Numbered from the stretch's first letter, positions 47,170 through 58,212 are shown. The stretch is DNA of 64,000 nt from Candidatus Sericytochromatia bacterium (GCA_036676985.1 JAKFBU010000027.1:233354-297353); one strand, 5' to 3'. Made by a program: numbers and translations. Notes: generated by a model not told the origin, from the letters alone.

Positions 47170-47469
47170 CTAGTCGAAGTCGAAGAGCTCACCGAGGAAG
47201 GACTTGTGCTTCTTCTTGTGGTAGCCGTGCCCCTCCTTGTAGTACTCGCCGTCGTACCGCGGGGGATAGGGCTGCGCCTGAGGGGGATGCGTCTGTGCCT
47301 GCGGCCGCATCTCGGCCCGGGGCGCGGCATTAGGAATCGATCGCTCGATGATCTTGTCCAACTCGCCGCGGTCCAACCAGACGCCGCGGCACTGAGGGCA
47401 GTAGTCGATCTCGATCCCCTGGCGGTCCGACATCACGAGCGCTGCGGTCTTACAGACAGGACAGTTCAT
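47170..47469 (-). CDS. zf-TFIIB domain protein
   Basis: MNCPVC..IEIDYCPQCRGVWLDRGEL; KKKHKSFLGELFDF. Confidence 0.9.
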   Translation of the reverse strand: MNCPVCKTAALVMSDRQGIEIDYCPQCRGVWLDRGELDKIIERSIPNAAPRAEMRPQAQTHPPQAQPYPPRYDGEYYKEGHGYHKKKHKSFLGELFDFD

Positions 47470-47621
47470 AAATCCCTCCATTGTTGGGCGTCATCTTTCT
47501 CTATGACAACCGAGAGATCCGAGAAGTTCCCCGGGCCGTACGACCGGCACGGACCAGCAGCATCGGCGATGGCCCGATCAGCAAACTTGCGGATATCCGG
47601 ATAATCACATATGCTTGGCTG

Positions 47622-48005
47622 ATGAAATCGCACGATCTACCCAGGAAGCCGCACCCCGTCGAACTCACGGCGGTCATCAAGACCTTCAAGGCCTTGTCGG
47701 ATGCCACTCGCCTGCGGATCGTCCTCCTGCTTGTCCACGGTGAACAGTCGGTTGGGGACCTCGTCGCCAGCCTCGACCTGCCCCAGAGCACCGTCTCGAG
47801 ACACCTGGCCTTGCTCAGGGCCGCAGAGCTCGTGGAAACGCGGCGCGTGGGCAGTCATATTCATTACCGGCTCATCAACGCGCACCTGGGTGACCTGGTG
47901 CTTCAGGCGTTCTCTCACGCCGAACACGAGCGCCTCGGTCTTCCGGACCATGGGTCGAGCGCGGGGCCACTTACCAACCACCACCATCCTGCCGAAAGTT
48001 GTTGA
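47622..48005 (+). CDS. Metal-sensing ArsR/SmtB repressor
   Basis: FKALSDATRL, QSTVSRHL; alpha5-like NAH...HAEH; His-rich tail; ATAT..ATAT dyad upstream. Confidence 0.88.
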   Translation: MKSHDLPRKPHPVELTAVIKTFKALSDATRLRIVLLLVHGEQSVGDLVASLDLPQSTVSRHLALLRAAELVETRRVGSHIHYRLINAHLGDLVLQAFSHAEHERLGLPDHGSSAGPLTNHHHPAESC

Positions 48006-48007
48006 GG

Positions 48008-49309
48008 ATGCTTCAACCGATATCTCCACACCGCATGACCGTTGCTCGTTCGACGTCCTGCCCCCCCGCCGTGGCGCGACTCCTTCAGGGGACGCTCGTC
48101 GTTCAGCTGATCGGGCTCCTGGCCGTCTCCCCATGCGGAGCACAATCGACCACCTGGAGCGAGGACCAAGCAGTCGCCGCGTTTCTCGCTCGGAGTCCGC
48201 TGGTTGCTGCCGCCAAGCAGCAGGTCCAGGTGTCCGGTGCCGACGTTATCGGCGCCAGCATCAGAGCCAACCCCGTGCTGGAGGTAGCCCGAGAGCAGGT
48301 GTTCCCGGCCGCAGGATCGAGCGAAGAAAACCGCTTAGGCCTCCAGGTGCCGATCTCGCTGCCAGGGAAGCGTGATCGGCGGGTCGCCATCGCCCAGTCC
48401 GGGGTGGCGATCGCTCAGGCCAGGGTCCAGGAGCGCCTCCAGGAGCTGACCCTCGAGTTCCGTTCGGTGTATGGCGAGGCCTACGCCGCTGCCGCCCGCG
48501 GCGAGGCCCTGGCAGCAGACCTGGCCGGGCTGCGCCGCATCGAACGGGTCATCGAGGCCCGTGCCAAGGCGGGGGAGAGCGCCGGCTACGATCTCATCCG
48601 GGTGCGTCTCGCGCGCTCCGCGGCCGAAGCCAGACTGGCCTCGGAGCGAGCAGAAGCCGAGCGCCAACGGGCTCGCCTTGCCGGCTTGGCGGATCTGGCG
48701 GCGACCGGCTCCCTCAAACTCGGCACTCCGACTCCTTTGCCCTCGGAGGACGACCTGATCACCTACGCCTTGGCGCACCGTTCCGAACTCCTCACCGTGC
48801 GCGCCGAACGTGCACGGGCCGAGCAGGCGATCGACCTGGCCCAGCAACACCGTTGGCCGGACCCCGCCGTTGCGGTCGGCCTCAAGCACACCAGTGAGCC
48901 GACCTCGCAGGGACTGGGCTACACCCTCGGTCTCACATGGCCGCTTCCCTTCTTCGATCGGGCCCAGGGCGAAGCGGCCCGAGCCAGCGCGGAGCGCGAG
49001 CGCCTGGGGCTCCAGGAGGCGGCGATTGTCGCCCGGCTACGCAGCGACGTTCCGGCCGCCCGCAAGGCCCTTCAGCAACGGTTGGACGCCCGGGCGCGCT
49101 TCGAGCGAGACGCCCTCGCGCGGCTGCCCGAGATGACGCGCATTGCCGAAACCGCCTACACGGAAGGGGACCAAGGCATCGTCTTGCTGCTGGATGCAAG
49201 CCAAGCCGCCCTAGACACCCGGCTCCAGGCCATCGACCTGGCGCTTTCCGTCCATTCCGCCCAGCTCGAACTCGAGCGCCAGGTTGGCGCTCCGCTCACC
49301 CGCCCGTAA
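48008..49309 (+). CDS. czcC: TolC/CzcC outer-membrane factor
   Basis: OEP repeats (ANPVLE, LPFFDRAQG); first structural gene of the RND operon; start uncertain. Confidence 0.8.
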   Translation: MLQPISPHRMTVARSTSCPPAVARLLQGTLVVQLIGLLAVSPCGAQSTTWSEDQAVAAFLARSPLVAAAKQQVQVSGADVIGASIRANPVLEVAREQVFPAAGSSEENRLGLQVPISLPGKRDRRVAIAQSGVAIAQARVQERLQELTLEFRSVYGEAYAAAARGEALAADLAGLRRIERVIEARAKAGESAGYDLIRVRLARSAAEARLASERAEAERQRARLAGLADLAATGSLKLGTPTPLPSEDDLITYALAHRSELLTVRAERARAEQAIDLAQQHRWPDPAVAVGLKHTSEPTSQGLGYTLGLTWPLPFFDRAQGEAARASAERERLGLQEAAIVARLRSDVPAARKALQQRLDARARFERDALARLPEMTRIAETAYTEGDQGIVLLLDASQAALDTRLQAIDLALSVHSAQLELERQVGAPLTRP

Positions 49310-49319
49310 AGGAACCAAG

Positions 49320-50897
49320 ATGAAGCGCCTGTCGATCGTCCTTCTCGCCTCGTCCCTCCTCGTCCTCGCCGGTTGCCGCCCGCAAGCCGAGTCGTCGCAT
49401 GAGCAGACGGGACACGAGCACGCCCAGCCGGCCACCGAGCTGCCGGTAGAGGCCGTCACCCTTTACACCCCCAAGAGCGAGCTGTTCGCGGAGCACCGCA
49501 CCTTCGTCGTGGGCGAGGAGGCGAAGCTCGCCGCTCATATCACGGACCTGCGCGATTGGTCGCCCGTGACCGAGGGGCGCATGGAGGCCGTCCTGATCGA
49601 TGCCAAGGGGCGCGAGACCGTGTTCCCCGTGGACGGCGTACTGCGACCCGGAATCTTCCAACCGATCATCAAGCCGAGCGTGGCAGGGGAGTACGAGCTG
49701 CTGCTCCGGCTTACGTCACCCCGACTGTCGGACACCATCCGGGCGGGCAAGGTGACGGTCCATCCGGACGCGAAGGCGGCTCTGGCCACCGCGACCGAGG
49801 AGGACGCCTCCCCCGAGGAAATCAGCTTCCTCAAGGAGCAGCAGTGGAAGATCGGCTTCATGACCCGACCCGCGGCCATCGGAAGCGTCCAGGAAGGCAC
49901 GACCCTCCAGGGCGTCGTCACCGCAGCGGGTGGTCATGACGTGGCCATCACCTCTCCGGCGGACGGTCGCCTCGTCGTGGGCCAAGGCCGCCTGCCGACG
50001 CTGGGATCCGAGGTCCGAGCCGGCGAGGTGCTCGCCGTCCTGACGCCCTTCGAGGGGGCGGACACGGACCGGGTGCTGCTGCGGAAGGAGGTCAAGACGG
50101 CCGAGGCCACCCTCCGTCAGGCCAAGCAGGAGCTGGCGCGCGCCGAGCGCCTGTTCGCGGCGCAAGCGATCCCCGGCAAGCGGATCGACGAGGCAAAGAC
50201 GGCCGTGTCGGTCGCAGAGGCCCAGCTGATGGCCGCCCAGGACCACCTCCAGGCAAAGGAGGCGACCTTGAGAGGGGCAGGCGGCGTCACCGAGGAGAGC
50301 TTCCGGCTCACTGCCCCGATCAGCGGCACGGTGGTCGAGGCCAAGGCGGTGCCGGGCGCTGCCGTGACGAGCGGGGCGCCGCTCTACCGCATTGTCGACC
50401 TGCGCACGGTCTGGGTCGAGGCCCGGGTACCGGAAGCCGACCTCAATCATGTCGCCAAGGCGGGCGGCGCAGAGATCTCCGTCGCGGCGGCGGCCCCCGT
50501 GACCGTCGGCAAGGGGCGCGGTGGGCTGGTGACGGTCGGCAGCGTGCTGGATCCGGTGAACCGGACGGCTCCGGTCGTCTACGCGGTTCCCAACCCGGAC
50601 CGGACCTTCCGCATCGGGATGACGGCCGAGGTGCGGGCCCTCACGGGGCCGACCCACCCCGCTCCGGTGCTCCCCAAGGACGCCGTGGTCGACGACAACG
50701 GGCGGCCCATCGCCTACGTCCAGACGGGCGGAGAGAGCTTCGAGCGACGGGAGCTGAGGCTGGGCGCCAAGCAAGGGGATCTGGTGCAGGTGCTGTCCGG
50801 CATCTCGGCCGGTGAGCGCGTGGTCACGCGCGGTGGCTACGAGATCCGCCTGTCGACCCTGTCCAATGCCGTGCCGGCTCACGGGCACGAGCACTAG
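49320..50897 (+). CDS. czcB: CzcB/CusB membrane fusion protein
   Basis: Lipobox LAGC; APISGTV, GERVVT.G; HGHEH C-terminus. Confidence 0.85.
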   Translation: MKRLSIVLLASSLLVLAGCRPQAESSHEQTGHEHAQPATELPVEAVTLYTPKSELFAEHRTFVVGEEAKLAAHITDLRDWSPVTEGRMEAVLIDAKGRETVFPVDGVLRPGIFQPIIKPSVAGEYELLLRLTSPRLSDTIRAGKVTVHPDAKAALATATEEDASPEEISFLKEQQWKIGFMTRPAAIGSVQEGTTLQGVVTAAGGHDVAITSPADGRLVVGQGRLPTLGSEVRAGEVLAVLTPFEGADTDRVLLRKEVKTAEATLRQAKQELARAERLFAAQAIPGKRIDEAKTAVSVAEAQLMAAQDHLQAKEATLRGAGGVTEESFRLTAPISGTVVEAKAVPGAAVTSGAPLYRIVDLRTVWVEARVPEADLNHVAKAGGAEISVAAAAPVTVGKGRGGLVTVGSVLDPVNRTAPVVYAVPNPDRTFRIGMTAEVRALTGPTHPAPVLPKDAVVDDNGRPIAYVQTGGESFERRELRLGAKQGDLVQVLSGISAGERVVTRGGYEIRLSTLSNAVPAHGHEH

Positions 50898-50906
50898 GAG
50901 GTCGGC

Positions 50907-53900
50907 ATGCTGGATCGCATCATTCAGTGGGCGCTGGGCAACCGCCTTCTGGTCCTGGCCTTAGCGGCCGCCCTCCTCATCGGTGGAACGTGGACGGCCA
51001 GCCGGATGCCGGTGGACGTGTTCCCCGATCTGACGGCTCCGACGGTCACCGTGCTTGCCGAGGCCCATGGCCTCGCTCCCGAGGAAGTCGAGAGCCTGGT
51101 GACCTTCCCGATCGAAACGGCGATGAACGGCGCCACGGGCGTCCGCCGGGTTCGCTCCAGCACGGCCGCGGGCATTTCCGTCGTCTGGGTCGAGTTCGAA
51201 TGGGGCACCGACATCATCCGGGCCCGTCAGCTCGTCAACGAGAAGCTGCAGCTCGCCCAGGCGAACTTGCCCGAGGATCTGCCGCCGCCCGCGCTCGCCC
51301 CGGTGTCGTCCATCATGGGCGAGATCATGTTCATCGGGATGAAGGGCAATGACCGGGCCACGGCCATGGACGTCCGCTCCGCGGCGGACTGGGTCGTGCG
51401 TCGTCGCCTCCTGGCGTTGCCCGGCGTGTCCCAGGTCATTCCCATGGGGGGGGATGTCAAGCAGTTCCAGGTGCTTGTCGATCCCGCCAAGCTCCAGGCC
51501 CGTGGGCTGTCGCTGAGCCAGGTCGCCGACGCCGTGTCGCGATCCAACCGCAACGTCTCGGGGGGCTTTTACGTCTCGGGAGGCCAGGAGTACTTGATCC
51601 GGGGCCTCGGGCGGGTGCAAGGCCCTGAGGACGTGTCGGCGGCCGTGGTCGCGCTGCGCAACGGCGCCGCGGTCCGGGTGGGAGACGTCGCCGAGGTGGG
51701 GGTCGGTCCGGCCCTCAAGCGTGGGGTGGGCTCGCTCAACGGCGAACCCGCGGTCGTGCTCGCCATCCTCAAGCAACCCGACGCCAACACCCTCGAACTG
51801 ACCGAGCGGGTCGACCTGGCGCTGGACGAGATCCAGGCCTCCCTGCCACCGGGCATCACCATCGACCGGCACAACTTCCGACAGTCGGACTTCATCGCGC
51901 GGGCCGTCACCAACGTGGAACACGCTCTGCGGGACGGGGCCATCCTGGTGGCGGTCATCCTCCTGGCCTTCCTGCTCAACGTGCGGGCGACCGTCATCTC
52001 GCTCATCGCCATCCCGCTGTCGCTCCTGGTGGCCATTCTCGCGCTGAAGGCCATGGGCGGCTCCATCAACACCATGACCCTCGGCGGCCTGACCATCGCC
52101 ATCGGCGCCCTGGTGGACGACGCCATCATCGACGTCGAGAACGTCCACCGGCGCCTCCGGGAGAACCGCGCGAAGCCGGAGGCCGAACGCCGCCCCGCCC
52201 TCGCAGTGGTCTTCGACGCCAGCCGCGAGGTGCGCGGCGCCATCTTCTTTGCGACCCTCATCATCATGCTGGTCTTCGTCCCGTTCTTCTTCCTCTCCGG
52301 GGTGGAAGGACGCCTCCTGAAGCCGCTGGGCATCTCGTACCTGGTCGCCATCTTCGCCTCTCTGGTCGTGGCGCTGACCGTGACGCCGGTGGCTTGCTAC
52401 TACTTGCTCGGCCGCGAGCGGGGGCACGGCGAGGAGCGCGAGAGTGTCGTCGTCAGGTCTCTCAAGCGCGCTTACCAACCGCTGCTCGAGAAGGCGCTCG
52501 TCCATCCCCGAACGGTCATCGGCGCCTCGGTCGCCCTCTTGGTCGTCGCGCTCGCGATGGTGCCGTTTCTCGGACGCGCCTTCCTGCCGGAGTTCAACGA
52601 GGGCGCGCTGACCGTGAGTGCGGTGACGCTGCCGGGCACGTCCCTGGAGACGTCGGACGACCTGGGCCGGCGCCTGGAGCAGATCATGCGGTCCTTCCCG
52701 GAGGTCGAGACGACCTCGCGGCGCACCGGTCGGGCCGAGCTCGACGAGCATGCGCAGGGCGTCAACTCCTCCGAGATCGACGTGGTCTACCGGCTGAAGG
52801 ATCGCTCGAAGGAGGCCTTCCAGGACGAGCTTCGCAAGGCCGTGTCGGTCCTGCCGATGAGCATCAGCTTCGGGGGCCCGCTGGCGCACCGGATCGACCA
52901 CATGCTCTCGGGCACCCGCTCGAACATCGCCGTCAAGGTCTTCGGCGAGGATCTCGGGCGTTTGCGCACCATCGGCAAGCAGATCGAGGCGGCCATGCAG
53001 GACGTTCCCGGCGTGGTGGACCTGTCGGTGGAGCAGCAGGTCGAGGTTCCACAGCTGGCCATCCGGTACGACCGCGCGGCCCTGGCTCGCTTCGGGCTGA
53101 CCACCGGGGAGGTGGGCGAAGCCATCGATATGGCCTTCCAGGGCGAGGTCGTCTCGAAGGTGCTGGAAGGGCAGCGGACCTATGACCTGCTGATCCGGTA
53201 CCCGCAGAGCGCGCGACAAGACCTGGCGGCGATCGCCAATACGCTGGTGGCCCTTCCGGAAGGCGGGATGGTCCCGTTGAAGTCGCTCGCGACCCTGACC
53301 CAGGAGCGGGGGCCCAACACCATCTCGCGCGAGAACGTCCAACGCAAGATCGTCGTCTCGGCGAACGTGTCCGGCCGGGATCTGGCCCGCACGGTGGAGG
53401 ATATTCGGGGCGCGATCGCCGCGAAGGTGAGCATGCCGACCGGTTACTACGTGGTCTATGGGGGTCAGATCGAGAGCGCAGATGCCTCCGCGAAGCTCCT
53501 GGGCTGGCTGACCGCGGCGGTGATCGTCGGCATCGCGCTGATCCTCGTGGTCGCGCTCCGGTCCTGGCGGGCGGCCCTCATCGTCATGGCGAACCTGCCG
53601 CTCGCCTTGATCGGCGGGGTGCTAGCGGTCCGGGCCTCGGGGGGCGTGCTCTCGGTGGCCTCGCTGGTGGGGTTCATCACGCTGTTCGGGATCGCAACCC
53701 GCAACGGGCTGATGATGATCACGCACTACCACCACCTCTTGGAGGTGGAGGGCAAGGACTTCCGCACCGCCGTCGTCCAGGGCTCGCTGGAGCGGCTGAG
53801 TCCCATCCTGATGACGGCGCTCACAGCGGGCCTGGCCCTGATCCCCCTGGTGCTGCGAGCGGGTGAACCTGGTAACGAGTTGCAAGCGCCCATGGGCGTG

Positions 53901-54059
53901 GTCATCCTCGGCGGGTTGCTCACCTCGACGTTCCTGAACATGGTGGTCATCCCGGCGCTCTACCTGCAGTTCGGCCGGCCCCGGCCCACCGACGCTACGG
54001 TCGCCTCGTTGGCCGCCGATCACGCGATGGGACAGACCGAGCGACTCCGGTCTTCCTAG
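50907..54059 (+). CDS. czcA: CzcA/CusA heavy-metal RND permease
   Basis: DVFPDL, GALVDDAIIDVEN, FLPEFNEG, RLSPILMT. Confidence 0.92.
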   Translation: MLDRIIQWALGNRLLVLALAAALLIGGTWTASRMPVDVFPDLTAPTVTVLAEAHGLAPEEVESLVTFPIETAMNGATGVRRVRSSTAAGISVVWVEFEWGTDIIRARQLVNEKLQLAQANLPEDLPPPALAPVSSIMGEIMFIGMKGNDRATAMDVRSAADWVVRRRLLALPGVSQVIPMGGDVKQFQVLVDPAKLQARGLSLSQVADAVSRSNRNVSGGFYVSGGQEYLIRGLGRVQGPEDVSAAVVALRNGAAVRVGDVAEVGVGPALKRGVGSLNGEPAVVLAILKQPDANTLELTERVDLALDEIQASLPPGITIDRHNFRQSDFIARAVTNVEHALRDGAILVAVILLAFLLNVRATVISLIAIPLSLLVAILALKAMGGSINTMTLGGLTIAIGALVDDAIIDVENVHRRLRENRAKPEAERRPALAVVFDASREVRGAIFFATLIIMLVFVPFFFLSGVEGRLLKPLGISYLVAIFASLVVALTVTPVACYYLLGRERGHGEERESVVVRSLKRAYQPLLEKALVHPRTVIGASVALLVVALAMVPFLGRAFLPEFNEGALTVSAVTLPGTSLETSDDLGRRLEQIMRSFPEVETTSRRTGRAELDEHAQGVNSSEIDVVYRLKDRSKEAFQDELRKAVSVLPMSISFGGPLAHRIDHMLSGTRSNIAVKVFGEDLGRLRTIGKQIEAAMQDVPGVVDLSVEQQVEVPQLAIRYDRAALARFGLTTGEVGEAIDMAFQGEVVSKVLEGQRTYDLLIRYPQSARQDLAAIANTLVALPEGGMVPLKSLATLTQERGPNTISRENVQRKIVVSANVSGRDLARTVEDIRGAIAAKVSMPTGYYVVYGGQIESADASAKLLGWLTAAVIVGIALILVVALRSWRAALIVMANLPLALIGGVLAVRASGGVLSVASLVGFITLFGIATRNGLMMITHYHHLLEVEGKDFRTAVVQGSLERLSPILMTALTAGLALIPLVLRAGEPGNELQAPMGVVILGGLLTSTFLNMVVIPALYLQFGRPRPTDATVASLAADHAMGQTERLRSS

Positions 54060-55054
54060 CGGCCGGTGCGCGTGGCATTCAACGCGGCCTTTAGGCCTTC
54101 GGAGAGCTGGCGGGTGGGGCCGACGCCCCAGTAGTGGAGGAACATGATCCGCGGGCTCTCCATGGTCATGTGGTTGTGGATGGCCACGACGTTGATGTTC
54201 GCGCGCCGTAGGGCCTTGAGCACGCCCTGCAGCTCGTCTTCGAGCATGGCGAAGTCCCCGTCGACCACTGCCCGGTCGTCGCTGCCGACGAAGGCGGCCC
54301 ACGTGTTCACGCCCATGGTGTTGCCGACCGTGACCCCGTGCATGGTCGTGGTCCGGCCGATTGTGACCTTGTAGACACCATTGGTCAGATCGCCCTTGTA
54401 GCCCAAGATGGCCTCGATCTTCGTGGGGTCGAGGCTGGTGCGGCTCGGGTCAAGGTCGGCGGTCGGGGTCTCGCCCTTTCCGCCCTTCGTCTCGTCGATC
54501 TTGGCCAGCACCTTTCCGACAGCCGAGGCCAGGCGCATCTGGTCACCCATGCCCCCGATGTGCATGAACATCACCTTCGGCTTGTCCCAGAAGAAGTGAT
54601 TGTGCAGGGCCGTGACTTCCAGCCCATTGTCAAGCGCCACGCTCATGACCGGGTTGACCTGGTCTTCGGTCATGACCATATCGCCCATCACCATCGTCTC
54701 GCACCCCGCCTTCTGGAAGGCCGCCCACGAGGTCAGCCCCATGGGCGGGGTCATACGCACGCCGGTCGTCGTGACCTGAAGATCGGTCCGCGGGGCGTTG
54801 ACCTTGAAGACGCCCTCTTTCTCGTCGAAGGAGCCCTTGCGGCCGGTCAGCCGCTCAATCGCCGCCGTGTCGAGTCCTGCCGGATTAGCGGCTGCCGTGC
54901 TGAACATCGGCAGCCCCATCTGGGCCTGGGCTGGCAGGTTAACGCAAGACAGCAACACGAGAGATCCGCCCAGGATCAGAGCGAGTGGAAGATGCTCGTT
55001 TTTCAACGGCACACTCCTAGCGTAACGAAGCAAAGGACGAACAGTCTTCATCAT
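54056..55054 (-). CDS. DUF1259 (LppY/LpqO) metal-binding protein
   Basis: Duplicated domain with TALHNHF and AIHNHM motifs; start uncertain. Confidence 0.85.
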   Translation of the reverse strand: MMKTVRPLLRYARSVPLKNEHLPLALILGGSLVLLSCVNLPAQAQMGLPMFSTAAANPAGLDTAAIERLTGRKGSFDEKEGVFKVNAPRTDLQVTTTGVRMTPPMGLTSWAAFQKAGCETMVMGDMVMTEDQVNPVMSVALDNGLEVTALHNHFFWDKPKVMFMHIGGMGDQMRLASAVGKVLAKIDETKGGKGETPTADLDPSRTSLDPTKIEAILGYKGDLTNGVYKVTIGRTTTMHGVTVGNTMGVNTWAAFVGSDDRAVVDGDFAMLEDELQGVLKALRRANINVVAIHNHMTMESPRIMFLHYWGVGPTRQLSEGLKAALNATRTGR

Positions 55055-55489
55055 GTAGGCCCCTCTAGCAAGACGTCTAGCGTCCGGTCTGTCAGGCCCA
55101 GGGTAAGTCGGACCACTTGAGGGGAAAACTCCAGAGTGAACGGATATGCGGAAAACTCTCGGGCATCGCGGCGGGCCTCAGATGCCGCCTCGGGAACCGC
55201 TTGGTCGTCCGGCGCGTGAGTCGGCGAACCCCGTCTCGGCGTATAGTTCGGCCTATTTTCCTCGACCTATAGACGCCTAGTTTGTGAGCAACTGCCCAAC
55301 CATCGGCCGGATGATTTTGCGACTTTTGCGGATTCGGCAACTGATCCCTAATGCTCAAGCAAGCGGGCTCTGGCGGGAGTGGCGTCCCAAACGACAACCA
55401 ACCTTGTCCAATCCAGTTGTTGTTCAAACAGGTCATACCGAAATAATGACGGAAGTCCACAATAAGATATTTGCGACCGGAGTCTTCCC

Positions 55490-56038
55490 ATGCGAGTAGC
55501 CATCCTGACTGGCGTTCTGATGTTCGCTCTGCTTACGTCTGGGTGTGGCCCACAAAACGCCCCTGCGATGTCCCTAACACCCGGCCCGAGGCCGTCTGGA
55601 AGCCCCAAGGTTGAGCCTTGCTACATCACAACCATCCAGCCGGCCAAGATCTTTGCGGTGAGCGCCGCCAGCGACGCCCATGCAGGCGAAACCATCTCGC
55701 TAATTGTCTGGATCTATCGACCCTACAACGAGTTTCCGATCCAGAACACATTTGTGGCAAAGTTAACCGACGACCATGGCGTCGTTTCAGTAACGGGTAA
55801 AGTCAATCGAACTAACCTCAATCCAAAGGCGTCGAGGTGTGTTGAAGCGGCAGGGGCCCCAGACCCGTTCGCAGCGACCCTTAGCGTGCCGGTCACGCTG
55901 CCGGCCGGCAGTTATACGATACTGATCCCGCCAAGTCACTATATCGCGCAGGTCCCTCCAAACCCCCTCGGTGTTGACCCTTGGCACCCATTTGTTAAAC
56001 CACCAGCAAACGCTTCGATCTCACTCGACGTTCGCTAG
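55490..56038 (+). CDS. Hypothetical lipoprotein
   Basis: Lipobox TSGC; Pro-rich. Confidence 0.6.
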   Translation: MRVAILTGVLMFALLTSGCGPQNAPAMSLTPGPRPSGSPKVEPCYITTIQPAKIFAVSAASDAHAGETISLIVWIYRPYNEFPIQNTFVAKLTDDHGVVSVTGKVNRTNLNPKASRCVEAAGAPDPFAATLSVPVTLPAGSYTILIPPSHYIAQVPPNPLGVDPWHPFVKPPANASISLDVR

Positions 56039-56567
56039 CCATCTCTCCTTGCCCACGGACTGGGTCTTGGCTGGCTGATCCCCCCGCGCAACCCCAAACA
56101 AATAACGGGTCTCGGCCGTCGAGGTCTTGCGCCAAACGGTGGAGAAGCAGCCAGAAACTGGCAACTGATAATAAATCATTGATCCAGGTGCCCCACAGCC
56201 AACCTCAAACCCTTCCCCCACCTCAATTTGTACGCCTGCCCCGTGCCCAAGCCAACGAACGGGTAACACTTTTGGATAACAGGCTGCCGAAAATGGGCCA
56301 ATTCTGACCCTCTCGTGATCTTCTCATTGGTTCGGGACGGGTCTCTCCTGATGGTGTCCATAGTAAGATGAGGGGCCGTCGGCTCGACCGATCTGAAGTA
56401 ACCAATCGAGTTTTGGGCTGTCCTTTTAGCACCTTATGAGGACAGTGCCTAAGGCTCACCGCTCCAGGCAACAATTCAGCGGCTGACGACAGCGCGTGAT
56501 AAACCATCGCTTAGTGGTACATGGCATGATAATAAGGTCACACCAAACTACATCGTAGGAATACCGG

Positions 56568-57248
56568 ATGCCGCCTGCCACACAGCAAGCTCAAGCCCGC
56601 GTGGAACTGTTCGTACCAGGGGAACCAGCCACCTTTGCGACCAAGGGTGAGAAGGCATGGAAGGAAGCGGTCACCGCGGCCGCCTCGCTGTGCGTTCCCT
56701 CGCTCGAGGCCGTCGACGGCGTGTCCCTCGAGTTCAGCCTGTCGTTCCACAGCCGCAACGGCCAGCCCTTCGATCTCGATAACCTCTGCGACCCTGTGTT
56801 CGTCTCATTGAAGAACGAGGGGTGGTTTGGTGGCCGCAACGCGAACGTACGCTGGTGGAGGGCGACGAAGGCGGAAGGGCCGGTCAGTGGGGTTAAGATC
56901 GTGGGGCAGGCAGGACCACCCAACCCTGACCAGCGCTTTTCGCTCTTGCAGGCTGTCTACCAGGGCGACCTGCCACACCACGGACGCCACGAGGGCTTTG
57001 CCGCCTGGGCCCGAGAGATCGCGAAAGGGGTGAAAGGCCCCTTGCCCGATCGTCTTGGAATTGGCGTTCGATTCAGAAACCCCGACCTTACGATCGCCGA
57101 GATTGCGAGCGGCAGGGTGAAGAACATTATCGACTGCCTTTACCTGATCATCGGCGGGGAGGCAAGTGCGCCGCACGATTGGACAGTGAACGAGCTTTGG
57201 GTCGAGCGAGCGTCGGCGAATCTCGATGATCGTGCTGAAGTTGCGTAA
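56568..57248 (+). CDS. RusA-like protein with tandem domains
   Basis: FVPGEP, DLDNL motif; second half KNIIDCL...DWTVNELWVE resembles a second RusA unit. Confidence 0.5.
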   Translation: MPPATQQAQARVELFVPGEPATFATKGEKAWKEAVTAAASLCVPSLEAVDGVSLEFSLSFHSRNGQPFDLDNLCDPVFVSLKNEGWFGGRNANVRWWRATKAEGPVSGVKIVGQAGPPNPDQRFSLLQAVYQGDLPHHGRHEGFAAWAREIAKGVKGPLPDRLGIGVRFRNPDLTIAEIASGRVKNIIDCLYLIIGGEASAPHDWTVNELWVERASANLDDRAEVA

Positions 57249-57417
57249 TGGGAGTAAATCGATCTTACTCTTCATTGACCCGTTTTCGGGTGTAAGTGAG
57301 AAATTGTCAACGAAATCGTGGCAAGCCCATAGGAAGAAGATTCATCCAAGATGAGCATTATAAGACTAATACATTGCTTTCTAGAGAAAGTGAAAGACTT
57401 TTTTGAAAGGCCGATCA

Positions 57418-58212
57418 ATGGGAGAGAACAGGGACGCAAACAAGCCATGCCAATGTGGAAGCGGAAAGAAATTTAAGAAATGCTGCATGGGAAGGAAACC
57501 ACGCCATTCAGCTTACACGGTTGACTTTGGCCATCCAGTCAGCATTGACTCAATCGAGTTTGGCGCCGACGGAAAAATCCGGTTAAAGTCCCAAGGGATG
57601 GTCTTATCGCCGGAAACTTCAAGTCTTTACAAGGGATATTCACGCCCCAAAGGTGACAAAGTCTTAGTTCAAATTGCTGGAGAGTCCGCAAGCCACCGTG
57701 ATTTCCTCTTACAAGATCCTGACATCGCCTTACTGAACTCTTTTGATGTCATTTTTTCTATTGATACGAACACCAGAGTTAATGAAGAGCATCGCGTTTC
57801 AGCATCGGCATTTGCACTGCTGCGACCTCAGCCTCCACAGCAAGATTCATCTGGTAAAACTGTCCACACGGGCAACATGAAAATACTTGCAAGAACTGCG
57901 GCTCTCAATCTACCTGGAAATCCTGAAATCGCGGGCTGGATTGAAGCGATTCAGTGGATTAAAAGCCACTCTGGATATAAACCTCAATTAAGAATTGCTT
58001 TGATCGTTGATAGCGAGCAAGGAAACATCCCAAAATACAATAGCGGGGAATTACTACTGGCCGATGGTTTCGAAATTCCTCCAAATATCAGTCTGTTATA
58101 TGCATCAGATGCTGTATCTGACCACCTTCCCAATAAGATGATTCGATTCTGCCACAATGCTGCCGATGAGATATTAGACCAACTTGAGCGAGATGGACTG
58201 CCAAAGAATTAG
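57418..58212 (+). CDS. SEC-C motif protein with putative RNase H-like C-terminal domain
   Basis: PCQCGSGKKFKKCC; acidic motifs IDTN, PE, VDSE, AD. Confidence 0.65.
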   Translation: MGENRDANKPCQCGSGKKFKKCCMGRKPRHSAYTVDFGHPVSIDSIEFGADGKIRLKSQGMVLSPETSSLYKGYSRPKGDKVLVQIAGESASHRDFLLQDPDIALLNSFDVIFSIDTNTRVNEEHRVSASAFALLRPQPPQQDSSGKTVHTGNMKILARTAALNLPGNPEIAGWIEAIQWIKSHSGYKPQLRIALIVDSEQGNIPKYNSGELLLADGFEIPPNISLLYASDAVSDHLPNKMIRFCHNAADEILDQLERDGLPKN

